The notes under the pieces: generated by a model
Database searches by the model: none
What the model saw: the letters and a program-made list of their open reading frames with translations, nothing else
What the model was told of the DNA's origin: nothing
Part shown: positions 18,642 through 28,639 of the stretch, one piece after another
How positions within the stretch are numbered: position 1 is the first letter of the stretch
Layout: every line of letters begins with the position of its first letter
Source of the DNA: Abditibacterium sp.
GTDB lineage: Bacteria > Armatimonadota > Abditibacteriia > Abditibacteriales > Abditibacteriaceae
DNA: 64,000 bases
Direction of reading: 5' to 3'
Assembly: GCA_965199495.1 (NCBI GenBank)
Contig: CBDASK010000003.1
Coordinates: 1,948,443 to 2,012,442, forward strand
Translations under genes and position numbers: made by a program

Positions 18642-20441
18642 TTATTTCCACGTCACGCCGACGCGCCATTGATCGTTGTCGGTGCCTTGGTGTTCCTGGC
18701 GCGCGTATTCCACGGCCAAACCCAAGCCGTTGCCGCCTGCCGCGCTGCCCGCGTTGATGCGCGCGCCGAACTCTTTGTCGCCGGTGTTCCACGCGCCGCC
18801 TATCGGGCGAAACGGCGCTGACATCGGGTCGGCGAGCCATTGGCCGGGCAACGCCGCGCCGTCGCGAAAATTGAGATCGAGGCGCGCGGCGCGCGTGAAC
18901 TGCAATTGCGCCTCGACATGGCGCGCGACGCTGCCCTGATCGGCCCACGAAGCGTCGTTGCCGTGCGCCAAATCCACGATGGTGTTGACCTTCATACCAA
19001 AAAACAGCGGGCGTTGCGCCTGCAAACGCAGCGTTTGCAGACTTTGCCAGTTCGCCAGACTTTCGTCGTCGCTGGAGCGCGTCGCGTATTTGGCGAGTAA
19101 GGTTCCGGCTTTGTCTTTGTGGCTCAACTGAAAGCCGATGCGGTTTTCTTCGCTCTGGTTGAACGGTGTCCAAGGCGCCGTGGCTGCTGTTGTATCCGCC
19201 GTCGCATCGTCGCGCCAGCCCAAGGTTTGCGAGGTGCCAACCGTGGCCGAAAACGCCAACTCTTTGTTCAAATTCCATTCGACGCCGACATCGCCGCCCT
19301 GATTTTGCGTTTCTTCGGTGCGCATTGCGTTCTCGGCGGCGCCCGCCTGTAAAGATGCGGCGAAATCGTCGCCCGCGCGCACGATTTGCGCGGCACCGAC
19401 CGCTCCGTTGGCTTTGAACGACAGATTGGGCGTGACCTTCAATTTCAAATCGGCGACGGCGTTGGCGTCGCGATTTTCCAAGGTGTCGCCGGTTTTGGCG
19501 GCGCCCAGATTGCGCCGTTCGCGTTGAGTCGCCGCCAGTTTGATGTTTCCCGTCAGCGCGTCGGTTTTGATTTCCTGCGTCAGGCGAGCGTTGCCCGCCG
19601 TGCCACCGTTAGCATCGGAACTGCCCAGCGTGCTATAACCGGCGGCGGTGTCGCTCCACTCGACCGCAACGTCGGCTTTGCCAAGGGGATGTTTAATCGG
19701 GCCACCTAATTTGGCGCTCCAACTCGATTTGTCGTCTTTGGCGTCTTGCAGCGAAGCGAGCGCATAATTGCCGTTGAATTTCCACTTCATCGGCAAGTTC
19801 AGCCCGCCGCCCGCGCCCATGAAGGTGCCTTCGCGCATTTTAACGGCGTCGCCCGCAGCCACGTCGCGCTGCGCCCGCGAAACGTTGAGTTCCAAATTGC
19901 CGTCTTTGCCCGCAAACGGTTTGGCGCGCAGCCACGTCACGTTTTGCGCATCGGCGACGCCCGATTTTTTGCCGGTCAGCGCGCGATCAAAGTCAGCCAG
20001 CGATTCGTCCAACTGGCGCGGGCGCAATGTCGAACCGATTTCGAGCATGCCCAACTGCGCGCTCACGCCCGCGTTGGCATTAATGCCCGCCAGAGTCGGC
20101 GGCGCGACGCGGCCCAGACTGAACTTGGCTTTGCTGCCCAGAACTTCGCCGCTCATCAAATCGCGGCTGGCGAATTTGCCGCGCCCATCGAAGGTGTCGC
20201 GCCATTCGCGCAGTCCGGCGACGAGCGAAAACTGCTGCGTCGCGGCGTCGGTGAACTGGCTTTGTTGCGCGGGCTGCAACTCTTTTTTGACCGCGCCCAG
20301 TTGCGCGTTTTGCCACAATTCGCCCTGCGCTTCGGGCGCCGACGGCAACAGATTATCGGCTTTGGGCGCATCGGCGGCGCGCGCAACGCCACAGAATAAG
20401 GGCGCTAAAGCGATGGCGGCGGTGAATGAGTTGAATCGCAT
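18642..20441 (-). CDS. putative outer-membrane beta-barrel (porin-like) protein
   Basis: Signal peptide MRFNSFTAAIALAPLFCGVARA. A 599 aa Gly/Ala/Thr/Asn-rich sequence with alternating hydrophobic residues and an aromatic C-terminus (RVGVTWK). Confidence 0.5.
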   Translation of the reverse strand: MRFNSFTAAIALAPLFCGVARAADAPKADNLLPSAPEAQGELWQNAQLGAVKKELQPAQQSQFTDAATQQFSLVAGLREWRDTFDGRGKFASRDLMSGEVLGSKAKFSLGRVAPPTLAGINANAGVSAQLGMLEIGSTLRPRQLDESLADFDRALTGKKSGVADAQNVTWLRAKPFAGKDGNLELNVSRAQRDVAAGDAVKMREGTFMGAGGGLNLPMKWKFNGNYALASLQDAKDDKSSWSAKLGGPIKHPLGKADVAVEWSDTAAGYSTLGSSDANGGTAGNARLTQEIKTDALTGNIKLAATQRERRNLGAAKTGDTLENRDANAVADLKLKVTPNLSFKANGAVGAAQIVRAGDDFAASLQAGAAENAMRTEETQNQGGDVGVEWNLNKELAFSATVGTSQTLGWRDDATADTTAATAPWTPFNQSEENRIGFQLSHKDKAGTLLAKYATRSSDDESLANWQSLQTLRLQAQRPLFFGMKVNTIVDLAHGNDASWADQGSVARHVEAQLQFTRAARLDLNFRDGAALPGQWLADPMSAPFRPIGGAWNTGDKEFGARINAGSAAGGNGLGLAVEYARQEHQGTDNDQWRVGVTWK

Positions 20442-20489
20442 GATATAAGAGGCGGCCAGAAGCGCGGTTTCGGGTCTAAGATGCTTTTT

Positions 20490-20584
20490 GTAGAGACACC
20501 GACTTGTCGTGTCTAAAACGTTAGATCTGCCGCGAATTTAGTGGGTTCATTGACGTTTTAGACACGACAAGTCGGTGTCTCTAC
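20490..20584. repeat. GTAGAGAC...CTAAAACG family inverted-repeat element, copy 2
   Basis: gtagagacaccgacttgtcgtgtctaaaacg - 31 nt - cgttttagacacgacaagtcggtgtctctac. This is a perfect 31-bp inverted repeat. It lies in the divergent promoter region between the OMP gene and ppk. Confidence 0.75.
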
Positions 20585-20683
20585 GAAAGGCATCGCGAAA
20601 TATTCCCCAGTATTTTGCCCTCTTAGAGACACCATCTTAACCAAAGTCGCGCTCCGTCCCATTAGACTTGCTTGGAACAGCAA

Positions 20684-23173
20684 ATGCCCACTCCCGCCAA
20701 ACCTTCGTCCAAACCACGCGCTCCGCGCTCCACAACTCGCGCGCGCGCCGCCGCAAAAACGCCACGCGCGGTTAAACCAATCGCTGATCTCGACCAGCCG
20801 CAATGGTATTTTAACCGCGAATTGTCGTGGCTCGAATTCAATCATCGCGTTTTGGAAGAGGCGATTGACCCAACTAATCCCGCGCTCGAACGCCTCAAGT
20901 TTCTGGCGATTTTCAGCTCGAATTTGGACGAATTTTTCGAGATTCGCGTCGCCGGTTTGCAGCAACAAGCCGAATCGCGCCCTTACGATGCTGGGCCGGA
21001 CGGCTTGACGGCGGCGCAAACCATCGAGGGCATCGCCGCGCGCGTGCGCCGTTTGGTTTCGGATCAATACAAATGCTACAACGACGGCGTCGTGCCCGCG
21101 CTGGCCGCCGCCGGTTTGGATTTGTCTACCGTTGACGATTTGGACGCGCGCGGGCGCAAATGGGCGTTGGAATATTTCGAGCGCGAAGTCTTTCCGGTTC
21201 TCACGCCGCTCGCGGTTGACCCGGCGCATCCGTTTCCACAACTCGCCAATAAGTCGCTGAATTTGGTGGTCGAACTGCGCGTGGCTGACCGGCCCGGCCA
21301 GATTGACGGACTTTTGCGCGACGAACATCATAGCGAATTTCGGCTGGGCGTCGTGCAAGTCCCGCGCATTTTGCCGCGCCTCATCGAAGTGCCCGCGACT
21401 CACGCGCCGCCGGGTCGCAAGATTTATCTGTTTCTGTCGAGTTTGATTTCGGCGTATATCGGCAATTTGTTTCCCGGCCTCGAAGTGCGCGGCTGCTACG
21501 CGTTTCGCGTGACGCGCAACTCCGAGTTGTATCTGGACGAGGACGAAGCCGACAATTTGCTCGAAGCGATGCAGGAACAGTTGGCGCGCCGTCGCAAGGG
21601 CGACGCCGTGAGATTGGAAGTGCAGCGCGGCGCCAACCCCGCCGTTGTCGAGCATTTATTGGATACGTTTCATCTCGACCGCGACGATTTATATGAAGTG
21701 GACGGCCCAATCAATCTGACGCGCTTGATGGCGATTTACGGAAGCGAAAACCGGCCCGATTTGAAAGACCCGTCGTTTGCCCCAGCCACGCCGTCCGTGT
21801 TGCGCGGCGCCGATACGCCCGACGCTTATTTCGGCGTCATCGCGCGCGACGATATTTTGCTGCATCATCCCTACGATTCGTTTCGGCCCGTGACGCGATT
21901 CATCGAATACGCCGCGCGCGATCCGCACACTTTGGCGATAAAAGTCACGCTCTATCGCACCTCGAAAGATTCGCCGATTGTGCGCGCGCTGATGCAGGCC
22001 GCGCAAAGCGGCAAGCAGGTCACGGCCTTGGTCGAACTCAAAGCGCGCTTCGATGAAGAGAACAACATTCACTGGGCGCAGGCGATGGAAGACGCGGGCG
22101 TTCACGTCGTTTACGGTTTGGTCGGCCTGAAAACGCACTCCAAACTGGCTTTGGTGGTGCGGCGCGAAAACGATCAGATTCGACGCTATGTGCATCTGGG
22201 AACCGGCAATTATAACGAAGTGACGGCGCGCATTTATACCGATATTGGAATGCTGACCGCCGATGCGCAAATCGGCGAAGACGCCGCCAAAATCTTCAAT
22301 TTGCTGACCGGCATGAGCCAGTTTCCCGGCCTCGACAAACTGATGATGGCGCCGTTCGATTTGGACAAAGAGTTCATCGCGCGCATCGAACGCGAGGCGA
22401 ATAACGCGCGCAAATCGGTGCGCTCGAAGACGCAAAAAATTCCGTCGCGCATCATCATCAAGATGAACTCGTTAGTTGATCCGGGCGCGATTAAAGCGTT
22501 GTATCGCGCCAGTCAGGCGGGCGTGCAGATTGATCTAATTATTCGCGGCATTTGCTGTTTGCGCCCCGGCGTGGCTGGTCTGAGCGAGAACATTCGCGTG
22601 CGCTCGATTATTGGCAGATTCTTGGAACATTCTCGGATATTTTATTTCGAGAACGGCGGGCAACCGGAGATTTTCTGTGGCAGCGCCGACTGGATGCCGC
22701 GCAATTTTTTCCGGCGCATCGAAGTGATTTATCCCGTCAATAGCGCCGCGCCGCGCGCGCGCATTCAGATGATCTTGGCCGAGGCGCTGGCGGATAACGT
22801 CAAGGCGCGCGAAGTGCTGCCCGATGGTTCGAGCCGCCATATCGTGCGCGAGGCGGACACCGAGAAACACGATTTTCAAGGCGATTCGCTCAAACGGGCG
22901 AGCGAGCGGCGCGCCCAATCGGATGCGCAGGACGCGCGCGCGTCCGTGCAGCCACCGGGGCTGGCTCCGCTCAAACTGCAAACCAAACCGTGGGGCAATC
23001 GCGCGGTTCCGGTCGGCATTTCGCCCGTTGACGGCTTGCCGGGCACGGGCGACGATCCGGTTTTGCAGTCGCTGCAACAATCGCTGCGCGAAAGCAGCAC
23101 GGCGCGCAAGGAAGAAAAAAATGCCGAAGAGTTCGCCGATGCGATTGAGGCGAGCGAAAGCGAAACGAGCTAA
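20684..23173 (+). CDS. ppk: polyphosphate kinase 1 with roughly 130 aa disordered C-terminal extension
   Basis: PPK1 N-terminal signature QWYFNRELSWLEFNHRVLEEA, with PLD-like catalytic regions further on. ATG at 20684; the ORF track uses an upstream TTG at 20672. Confidence 0.9.
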   Translation: MPTPAKPSSKPRAPRSTTRARAAAKTPRAVKPIADLDQPQWYFNRELSWLEFNHRVLEEAIDPTNPALERLKFLAIFSSNLDEFFEIRVAGLQQQAESRPYDAGPDGLTAAQTIEGIAARVRRLVSDQYKCYNDGVVPALAAAGLDLSTVDDLDARGRKWALEYFEREVFPVLTPLAVDPAHPFPQLANKSLNLVVELRVADRPGQIDGLLRDEHHSEFRLGVVQVPRILPRLIEVPATHAPPGRKIYLFLSSLISAYIGNLFPGLEVRGCYAFRVTRNSELYLDEDEADNLLEAMQEQLARRRKGDAVRLEVQRGANPAVVEHLLDTFHLDRDDLYEVDGPINLTRLMAIYGSENRPDLKDPSFAPATPSVLRGADTPDAYFGVIARDDILLHHPYDSFRPVTRFIEYAARDPHTLAIKVTLYRTSKDSPIVRALMQAAQSGKQVTALVELKARFDEENNIHWAQAMEDAGVHVVYGLVGLKTHSKLALVVRRENDQIRRYVHLGTGNYNEVTARIYTDIGMLTADAQIGEDAAKIFNLLTGMSQFPGLDKLMMAPFDLDKEFIARIEREANNARKSVRSKTQKIPSRIIIKMNSLVDPGAIKALYRASQAGVQIDLIIRGICCLRPGVAGLSENIRVRSIIGRFLEHSRIFYFENGGQPEIFCGSADWMPRNFFRRIEVIYPVNSAAPRARIQMILAEALADNVKAREVLPDGSSRHIVREADTEKHDFQGDSLKRASERRAQSDAQDARASVQPPGLAPLKLQTKPWGNRAVPVGISPVDGLPGTGDDPVLQSLQQSLRESSTARKEEKNAEEFADAIEASESETS

Positions 23174-23209
23174 TTTCGTGTGCAAGTTCCTTTCGCGCGT
23201 AATATCGCC

Positions 23210-23345
23210 CACATTGTCATTCTGAGCGTAGAGAGGAACGAAGTCGAAGAATCCATGACGTAACGGATTCGACAAAAGTTGAATTCACGCGTAACCGATG
23301 GATTCTTCGACTTCGTTCCTCTCTACGCTCAGAATGACAATGTGA
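23210..23345. repeat. 47-bp perfect inverted repeat (GTCATTCTGAGCGTAGAGAGGAACGAAGTCGAAGAATCC module) with 38-nt loop
   Basis: cacattgtcattctgagcgtagagaggaacgaagtcgaagaatccat ... atggattcttcgacttcgttcctctctacgctcagaatgacaatgtg. Intergenic between ppk and ROK. Shares the GTAGAG and GAACGAAGT modules with other copies. Confidence 0.75.
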
Positions 23346-23470
23346 AAGCTAAAACAACTCGCACACCGCGTTAGTTAATTTCGCTTTAATGCGATAGAAA
23401 ATCACCACGATTCACCGCGCGCAAAACGGGTAAAATCTTTCTCGAATCCCAACAAATTCCAACCAATATA

Positions 23471-24505
23471 ATGAACAAACGTTATTTGATCGTAGATGTC
23501 GGCGGCACCAAAATTTTGGCGGCAATTTTAAACGGCGAGGGCGAAATTCTCGCGCGCCGCAAGCTCAAAACCGACCGCGCCGACAAAGCAACTCTGCTCG
23601 CCCAGATTGATGAAGCGATGAACGGCGCGCTCGACGACGCTGGACTCGCGCGCACCGACATCGGCGGCGTGGCTCTGGGCGTGCCCGGCGTCGTCAACAG
23701 CAAAACCGGTTATGTCGTTGTCACACCCAACACGCCGCTCACCCAAACGCCTTTGGGCGAGCAGTTGCGCAAAAAATGGGATTGCCCGGTTATCGTGGGC
23801 AACGATGTCCGGCTCGGCATGGCGGGCGAGTTTTGGCGCGGCGCCGCGCGCGAGGCCAGTAGCGCGTTCGGCATTTTCGTCGGGACGGGCATTGGCGGCG
23901 GATTGATTCTGGACGGCAAAATCATCGAGGGTTTTCGCAGTTTGTGCGGCGAAATCGGCCACCTGATGATTCCGCTCGATGCCGACGAACAGTTGGGCAT
24001 GACGACCAAAAAGCATCTGTTTCTGGAAGATTTGTGTTCGCGCACCGCCATCGAAAACCAGTTGCGTCACGCGATTAACGAAGAAGGCAAAAAATCGATT
24101 TTAACTCAAATTGTCAGCGACAAAAAACTGACGCGCATCCGTTCGGGCGCGCTCAAAGAGGCGCTCAAAAAAGAAGACGAATTGGTCACCGACGTGGTGA
24201 AGCGCGCCAGTTACTTGCTGGGGTTTGCCAGCGCCAGCGTGTTGCACGTCGTTGACCCCGAAGTCATCGTTTTTGGCGGCGGCGTCATCGAGGCGTGCGG
24301 CAAATGGATGATGCCGTGGATTTCTAAAACCGTCGAACGCGTCGCGATGCAGGGCACGGGCGAACCGCCCAAAATCGTGCAATCCAAATTGGGCGACGAC
24401 GCGATTCTCATCGGCGGTTTGGCGTTGCTGAAAGATCGGGAAGCTGCTGGAACGGCGAGCCGTGACGAGATTTTCGCGTCGGTGGATAAGCCAGTGCGCG
24501 GTTGA
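23471..24505 (+). CDS. ROK family sugar kinase / NagC-like protein
   Basis: MNKRYLIVDVGGTKILAAIL ATPase N-terminus. ROK signature region with GIGGGLILDGKII and the zinc motif CGEIGH. Confidence 0.8.
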   Translation: MNKRYLIVDVGGTKILAAILNGEGEILARRKLKTDRADKATLLAQIDEAMNGALDDAGLARTDIGGVALGVPGVVNSKTGYVVVTPNTPLTQTPLGEQLRKKWDCPVIVGNDVRLGMAGEFWRGAAREASSAFGIFVGTGIGGGLILDGKIIEGFRSLCGEIGHLMIPLDADEQLGMTTKKHLFLEDLCSRTAIENQLRHAINEEGKKSILTQIVSDKKLTRIRSGALKEALKKEDELVTDVVKRASYLLGFASASVLHVVDPEVIVFGGGVIEACGKWMMPWISKTVERVAMQGTGEPPKIVQSKLGDDAILIGGLALLKDREAAGTASRDEIFASVDKPVRG

Positions 24506-24560
24506 AAGCATGCTGTATCTGGACTTAAAAGACGTTATTTACCAATCGAAAGGAGCTTTG

Positions 24561-24869
24561 ATGTGGAACGTTCCTGTGTGGTGGCTTCCTTTCATGATAC
24601 CGAAAAGTGCGTCTTACGGTGCCGCTGAAATTTTATTTAATTCGGAGGCCATTCGTCTGCAAGTCATGGGAATCAACAAGTTTGAATTCGAGCGATCTGA
24701 AATAGAAATTCAAACGGACATTTTTCGTCTGACAGTCGGATATGGATTCCAAATTCTACATCAACAAGAGAATATTCCTCTGGGAATAACTTTTGGTTTC
24801 GCGCTGAGCCAAGAACGCCGCGATGCTTGTGCAGCCAAGCTCAAAGAAACCGGTTTTGTCGTCTCGTAA
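24561..24869 (+). CDS. small hypothetical protein in low-GC patch
   Basis: 102 aa ORF preceded by a strong AAGGAG Shine-Dalgarno (aaaggagctttgATG). Local GC is clearly below the window average. No recognisable domain. Confidence 0.4.
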   Translation: MWNVPVWWLPFMIPKSASYGAAEILFNSEAIRLQVMGINKFEFERSEIEIQTDIFRLTVGYGFQILHQQENIPLGITFGFALSQERRDACAAKLKETGFVVS

Positions 24870-25068
24870 CGAAGATTTCGAGTTGGCCGATATAGCCTCT
24901 CACCTGTTAAAACAGCCAGCGCGCAAAAGAAAAGCGCCAATGCGACGTGGCTGCACTCGAACGTTGCGCCACTCGGCCAAGTTTTGTCGTTGAAAGGACA
25001 CCGTAAAACTTTAGAATTCGCCAGCCTCCCCAATTTTCGCAGGCGCGTTGATATGGTAAAATAATTTC

Positions 25069-25485
25069 ATGTCGAGTTCGCTCATTTGGTTTTTAGTCAT
25101 CGCCATCTGTTTGGTTACCGGCGCTCTGGCCGCTCGTAAAGGCTACAGTTTTTGGCTATGGCTTTTCGCGGGCGGCATTATTGGGCTGGTCATTCTGGCA
25201 TTTTTGCCGTTCGTCAACAAGGGCGACTTTTCGGAAATCGAACGCAGAGAGCGCACCAAAACCGGCAATATCGTCGGCGGCGTTTTTACCGCGATTGCTC
25301 TGGTGCAACTGGTGCCACGTTTGTTGGCGTTAGTTATTGTTGCCTCGACGCCAAAGATGTCGGGCGTTTCCATTGACGGACGCCAACTCACGCAGACCGA
25401 GTGGGACGCTTGCGGGCACGATATGGTGAAATGTCTGCAAATTGAAACCAATACGCATCCCGAACGCTTTCGTTCTTCGCGCTAA
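25069..25485 (+). CDS. small integral membrane protein, hypothetical
   Basis: 138 aa with 3 predicted TM helices (LIWFLVIAICLVTGALAA, WLWLFAGGIIGLVILAFLPF, VGGVFTAIALVQLVPRLLALVIVA). Confidence 0.45.
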   Translation: MSSSLIWFLVIAICLVTGALAARKGYSFWLWLFAGGIIGLVILAFLPFVNKGDFSEIERRERTKTGNIVGGVFTAIALVQLVPRLLALVIVASTPKMSGVSIDGRQLTQTEWDACGHDMVKCLQIETNTHPERFRSSR

Positions 25486-25487
25486 AT

Positions 25488-26877
25488 TCACAGCCACGCC
25501 CTAAGCGGCACGACGCCGCCGAACAAAATTGCGAGCGCGCAAAACAAAAGCGTCAGCGCGACGTGGCCGATCTCGAACCACGCGCCGCGCGGCCAATCTT
25601 CGTCGCCGAAATAGAAGAAATCTGTGAGCAGACGCGCCGTCCAAAACGCGCCGTTAAACAGCGAAACCGCGACGGAGGCGCGGTCGCCGCGCAGATATTC
25701 GTCGTGCAAAACCAGAGCGATGATGCCAAATGAAATGATCGTGCCGACGATAAAGCCGCCATAAGTCCAGAATACTTTGCGATTGAAACGACTAAGCGTT
25801 TTGAAGTCTTCACGCCAGTTCAACTGTTTGGGCACCTGAAACGACGCACACAAAATCAAGAAATGCCCCGCCGCGCCCAACCACAACGCGAGCGAAAAAT
25901 ACCAATCGAAGGTTTGACGATGTAGAATTTCGTCCAGAAATTCGACGAGCGGCCAAATTAATGGCGCGCGAAATGGCGCGTGAAACAAAAGCGGCAACGG
26001 CAAAAATATCGCCAGCCACGCGCCGATGCGTTTGAGTGCAACGGGTAAATGCGGCTCAATGAACGCGACGAGAACGCCCTGAATTAGAAAATACAATACG
26101 GCCCACCCCAAACCGACAACGCCGGATAGGAAATGCCCAATTCGTGCAAAATTCCCGACACGACGAACACGCTGAGCAAAGCGCCGCGCGCGCCCAATCG
26201 TTTGCGGAGCGGGCGCAGAAACAGCAGCCGATCCATTTCGACAAACGGCAAATTCCAGCGCCGCGACCAAAAGTCGGCGAGCGATTCGGCGCGTTCGGGC
26301 GCGCGAAATAGCGGCCCGACGGCGAAACCGAGTTGACGAATCGCCCAAGGCAACATCGCGCCCAAACCAAAATGAACGATGAAGAGCAACGCCGCCAACG
26401 TCAGCCACGTCGCGGCGTCGAAAGTTAATTTGGGCAGATTCCACGCGACGGCGACCAGTAACGCCGCACCCGCCACAAAACATCCGGCGCCGCGAAACAG
26501 GCCGTGTTGCTTTGCGCGGTCGTCTTCGTTGTAGCCGATGCGCGGCGTTCGTTTGGCGAAACGCGCGCAGTTCGACGCCGGGCCAAATCGTGAAGTAAAG
26601 CAGCAAACCCAAACGTGAAAACGCGCGAATGGCGTCGCGCGAACGCTTGAGCGCGACCGCGCACTTGATGAGACCGAGTAAAACCGCCGTGGAAAATATC
26701 AGGCGCGCGAGCGGCGAAAATTGCGCGCCGATGATTAAAACAAACGCGACCCAACCGAGCCGGTAGCGCCCAAACCGCGATTTGGCGCGCGCGAGTTTGC
26801 AAGCGCCACACGGCCCAAAATGCGAGCGAGTAGATGATGACAATGAAAGCGAGACAAGTTAAAATTGACGTTGGCAC
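25488..26877 (-). pseudogene. MBOAT_2/wax-synthase-like membrane O-acyltransferase, disrupted by about 3 frameshifts
   Basis: Membrane-protein-like translation continues across three different minus-strand frames (ORFs 26425..26877, 26084..26476, 25488..26843). Within each ORF, the part that is out of phase with the neighbouring frame becomes Arg-rich nonsense. Frame B carries FWSRRWNLPF...VVSGILHEL, resembling the MBOAT FWRRWH / SGxxHE His motif. Confidence 0.5.
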
Positions 26878-26930
26878 AGTAGAAATTTCAGAGGATTCTG
26901 CAAATTGTTGATGCTATTTTTCTTATTTTT

Positions 26931-27230
26931 ATGCATATTTCAGATTGGACGTGGGTTGGTTTTAGCGCAATATATTTTGCCCTTAATCTGGCCGCATGGC
27001 GCATTTTCGATCCTAAATCTTCATTCTATGCGGCAAGCAAGAATACAACTATTTCAATTGCTACCTCACTGCTTCAAATTGCAATGTTTTTGATCTTCTT
27101 CTTAAATTTGATGGATGTGGTAATCATTCCTACCATGCCAGCAATGGGGCTGACCGTCTTCATTATGTATACGTCTTCTGCGTGGAGACACTATTTAAAC
27201 CGCATTAAAACTCCTGAGTCAAATTCGTGA
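26931..27230 (+). CDS. small membrane protein in AT-rich patch, hypothetical
   Basis: 99 aa, two TM helices. Local GC about 40%, far below the window mean. Followed by a terminator. Confidence 0.4.
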   Translation: MHISDWTWVGFSAIYFALNLAAWRIFDPKSSFYAASKNTTISIATSLLQIAMFLIFFLNLMDVVIIPTMPAMGLTVFIMYTSSAWRHYLNRIKTPESNS

Positions 27231-27305
27231 ATCCCAATTTTTCAATCCACCAAATCATCCGGCGCGAGCGGCACAGCTGTTGGCGGACGCAGAATTAATC
27301 TCTCT

Positions 27306-27346
27306 AAAAACGAAAAACCCGCCTCGTTTTTGGGGCGGGTTTTTCT
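27306..27346. terminator. bidirectional rho-independent terminator
   Basis: aaaaacccgcctcgtttttggggcgggttttt. GC stem cccgcc/ggcggg flanked by A and T tracts. Confidence 0.7.
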
Positions 27347-27467
27347 GGCATCGAGAGGGGCGATCAACTCCACGCGGTAAAGCGCATATTCACAACACGA
27401 TGTTGAGGGATAGTTTACCGGCAATCGCCGCAGACGCAACGCTTTATACTCTGCGCAACATCTACTT

Positions 27468-28463
27468 ATGCCCGAACTTTATATCCGTCAGGAAGTTTTG
27501 CCCAACCTCGCCAAAATTGACGCCATTCTCTTCGATATTGACGGCGTTTTACTGGACGTTTCCGCCTCGTTTCGCGCGGCGACGATTGAAACGATTCAAT
27601 ATTTCGCCGTTCACGAACTGGGCTTGGAAGATACCGGCAAAATTTTGGAAGTCGAAGATGTCGAAGCGTTTAAGTTCGCCGGTGGCTTCAACGACGACTG
27701 GGATTTGACCTGCGCCGCCGCCGCTCTGGTTGTCGGCAAATGGGCGCAATCGAACGCTAAGGATACCGCCAGTTTGCGCAGCGTTGGCACGACGTGGAAA
27801 GAATTCACCGACGCGCTCAAACGTAAAGGCGGCGGCATTGTTGAGGCCGAGAATTTCGTGTTGGAAATGCTCAACCCGACGCAACGCCGCGAATTCGCGC
27901 GCAATTGGAACACGCGTTTGCTGACGCGTTTATTCCAAGAATTTTACGCGGGCGACGACGCTTGCAAAAAGCTCTACGGCTTCGAGCCGGAGACTATCCA
28001 CGGCCACGGTTATTACACGCGCGAAACGCCGTTGATTGACCCGGTTTTGACGCCGCCCAATCTGAAGTTGGGGGTCGTGACCGGGCGCCATCCCGCCGAA
28101 GCCGAGTTGGGTTTGCGGCACGCCAAAATGTTCAATCGGATTAAACCGGCGGGTTGGATTACGCCCGAAAGCGGCGCCAAAAAACCCGATGGCCGCACGC
28201 TAATGATGGCGCGCGATGCTTTGGATTTCGGTTTCGGTTTGTTCATCGGCGACATTATGGACGATTTGAACACGGTGCATAATTATCGCAAACTCAAGGG
28301 CGCGGGCAAGGCGCGCATTCTGTCGGCGATTTGTTTGACCGGGCCGGGCGGCGAAACCAAACGCCGCGAGTTTTTGGAAGCGGGCGCCGATATTGTCGCG
28401 CCCGACGTGAATATGTTGCTGGAATTTTTGGGCAACGTAAAGAAAGAAAGTAAAAGTAAATGA
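27468..28463 (+). CDS. HAD superfamily hydrolase
   Basis: ILFDIDGVLLD (HAD motif I, DxDG), VVTGRHPAE (motif II) and FIGDIMDDLNT (motif IV). Confidence 0.7.
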   Translation: MPELYIRQEVLPNLAKIDAILFDIDGVLLDVSASFRAATIETIQYFAVHELGLEDTGKILEVEDVEAFKFAGGFNDDWDLTCAAAALVVGKWAQSNAKDTASLRSVGTTWKEFTDALKRKGGGIVEAENFVLEMLNPTQRREFARNWNTRLLTRLFQEFYAGDDACKKLYGFEPETIHGHGYYTRETPLIDPVLTPPNLKLGVVTGRHPAEAELGLRHAKMFNRIKPAGWITPESGAKKPDGRTLMMARDALDFGFGLFIGDIMDDLNTVHNYRKLKGAGKARILSAICLTGPGGETKRREFLEAGADIVAPDVNMLLEFLGNVKKESKSK

Positions 28464-28488
28464 AAACTTGATACGTTTTTATTTTTGA

Positions 28489-28603
28489 ACACAAAGAGGG
28501 AACGAAGTGAGCGAAGTAGAGGCGTAGTTTATAAAATTAAAACCAATAATTTAAAAGTCTTAAATCACGCCTCTACTTCGCTCACTTCGTTCCCTCTTTG
28601 TGG
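28489..28603. repeat. 37-bp inverted repeat (ACACAAAGAGGGAACGAAGTGAGCGAAGTAGAGGCGT module) with about 40-nt AT-rich loop
   Basis: acacaaagagggaacgaagtgagcgaagtagaggcgt ... acgcctctacttcgctcacttcgttccctctttgtg. Intergenic between the HAD gene and the MOSC gene. Confidence 0.75.
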
Positions 28604-28639
28604 TTTTTAAAAACATTGGTTAAATCTCTTCCCAACATC

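Noticed and set aside
25488-26877. Treating the three overlapping minus-strand ORFs here as three independent small membrane-protein genes.
   Set aside because: Hydrophobic, protein-like translation switches from one frame to the next exactly where the previous frame degenerates into Arg-rich nonsense. A single gene with frameshifts is the simpler explanation.
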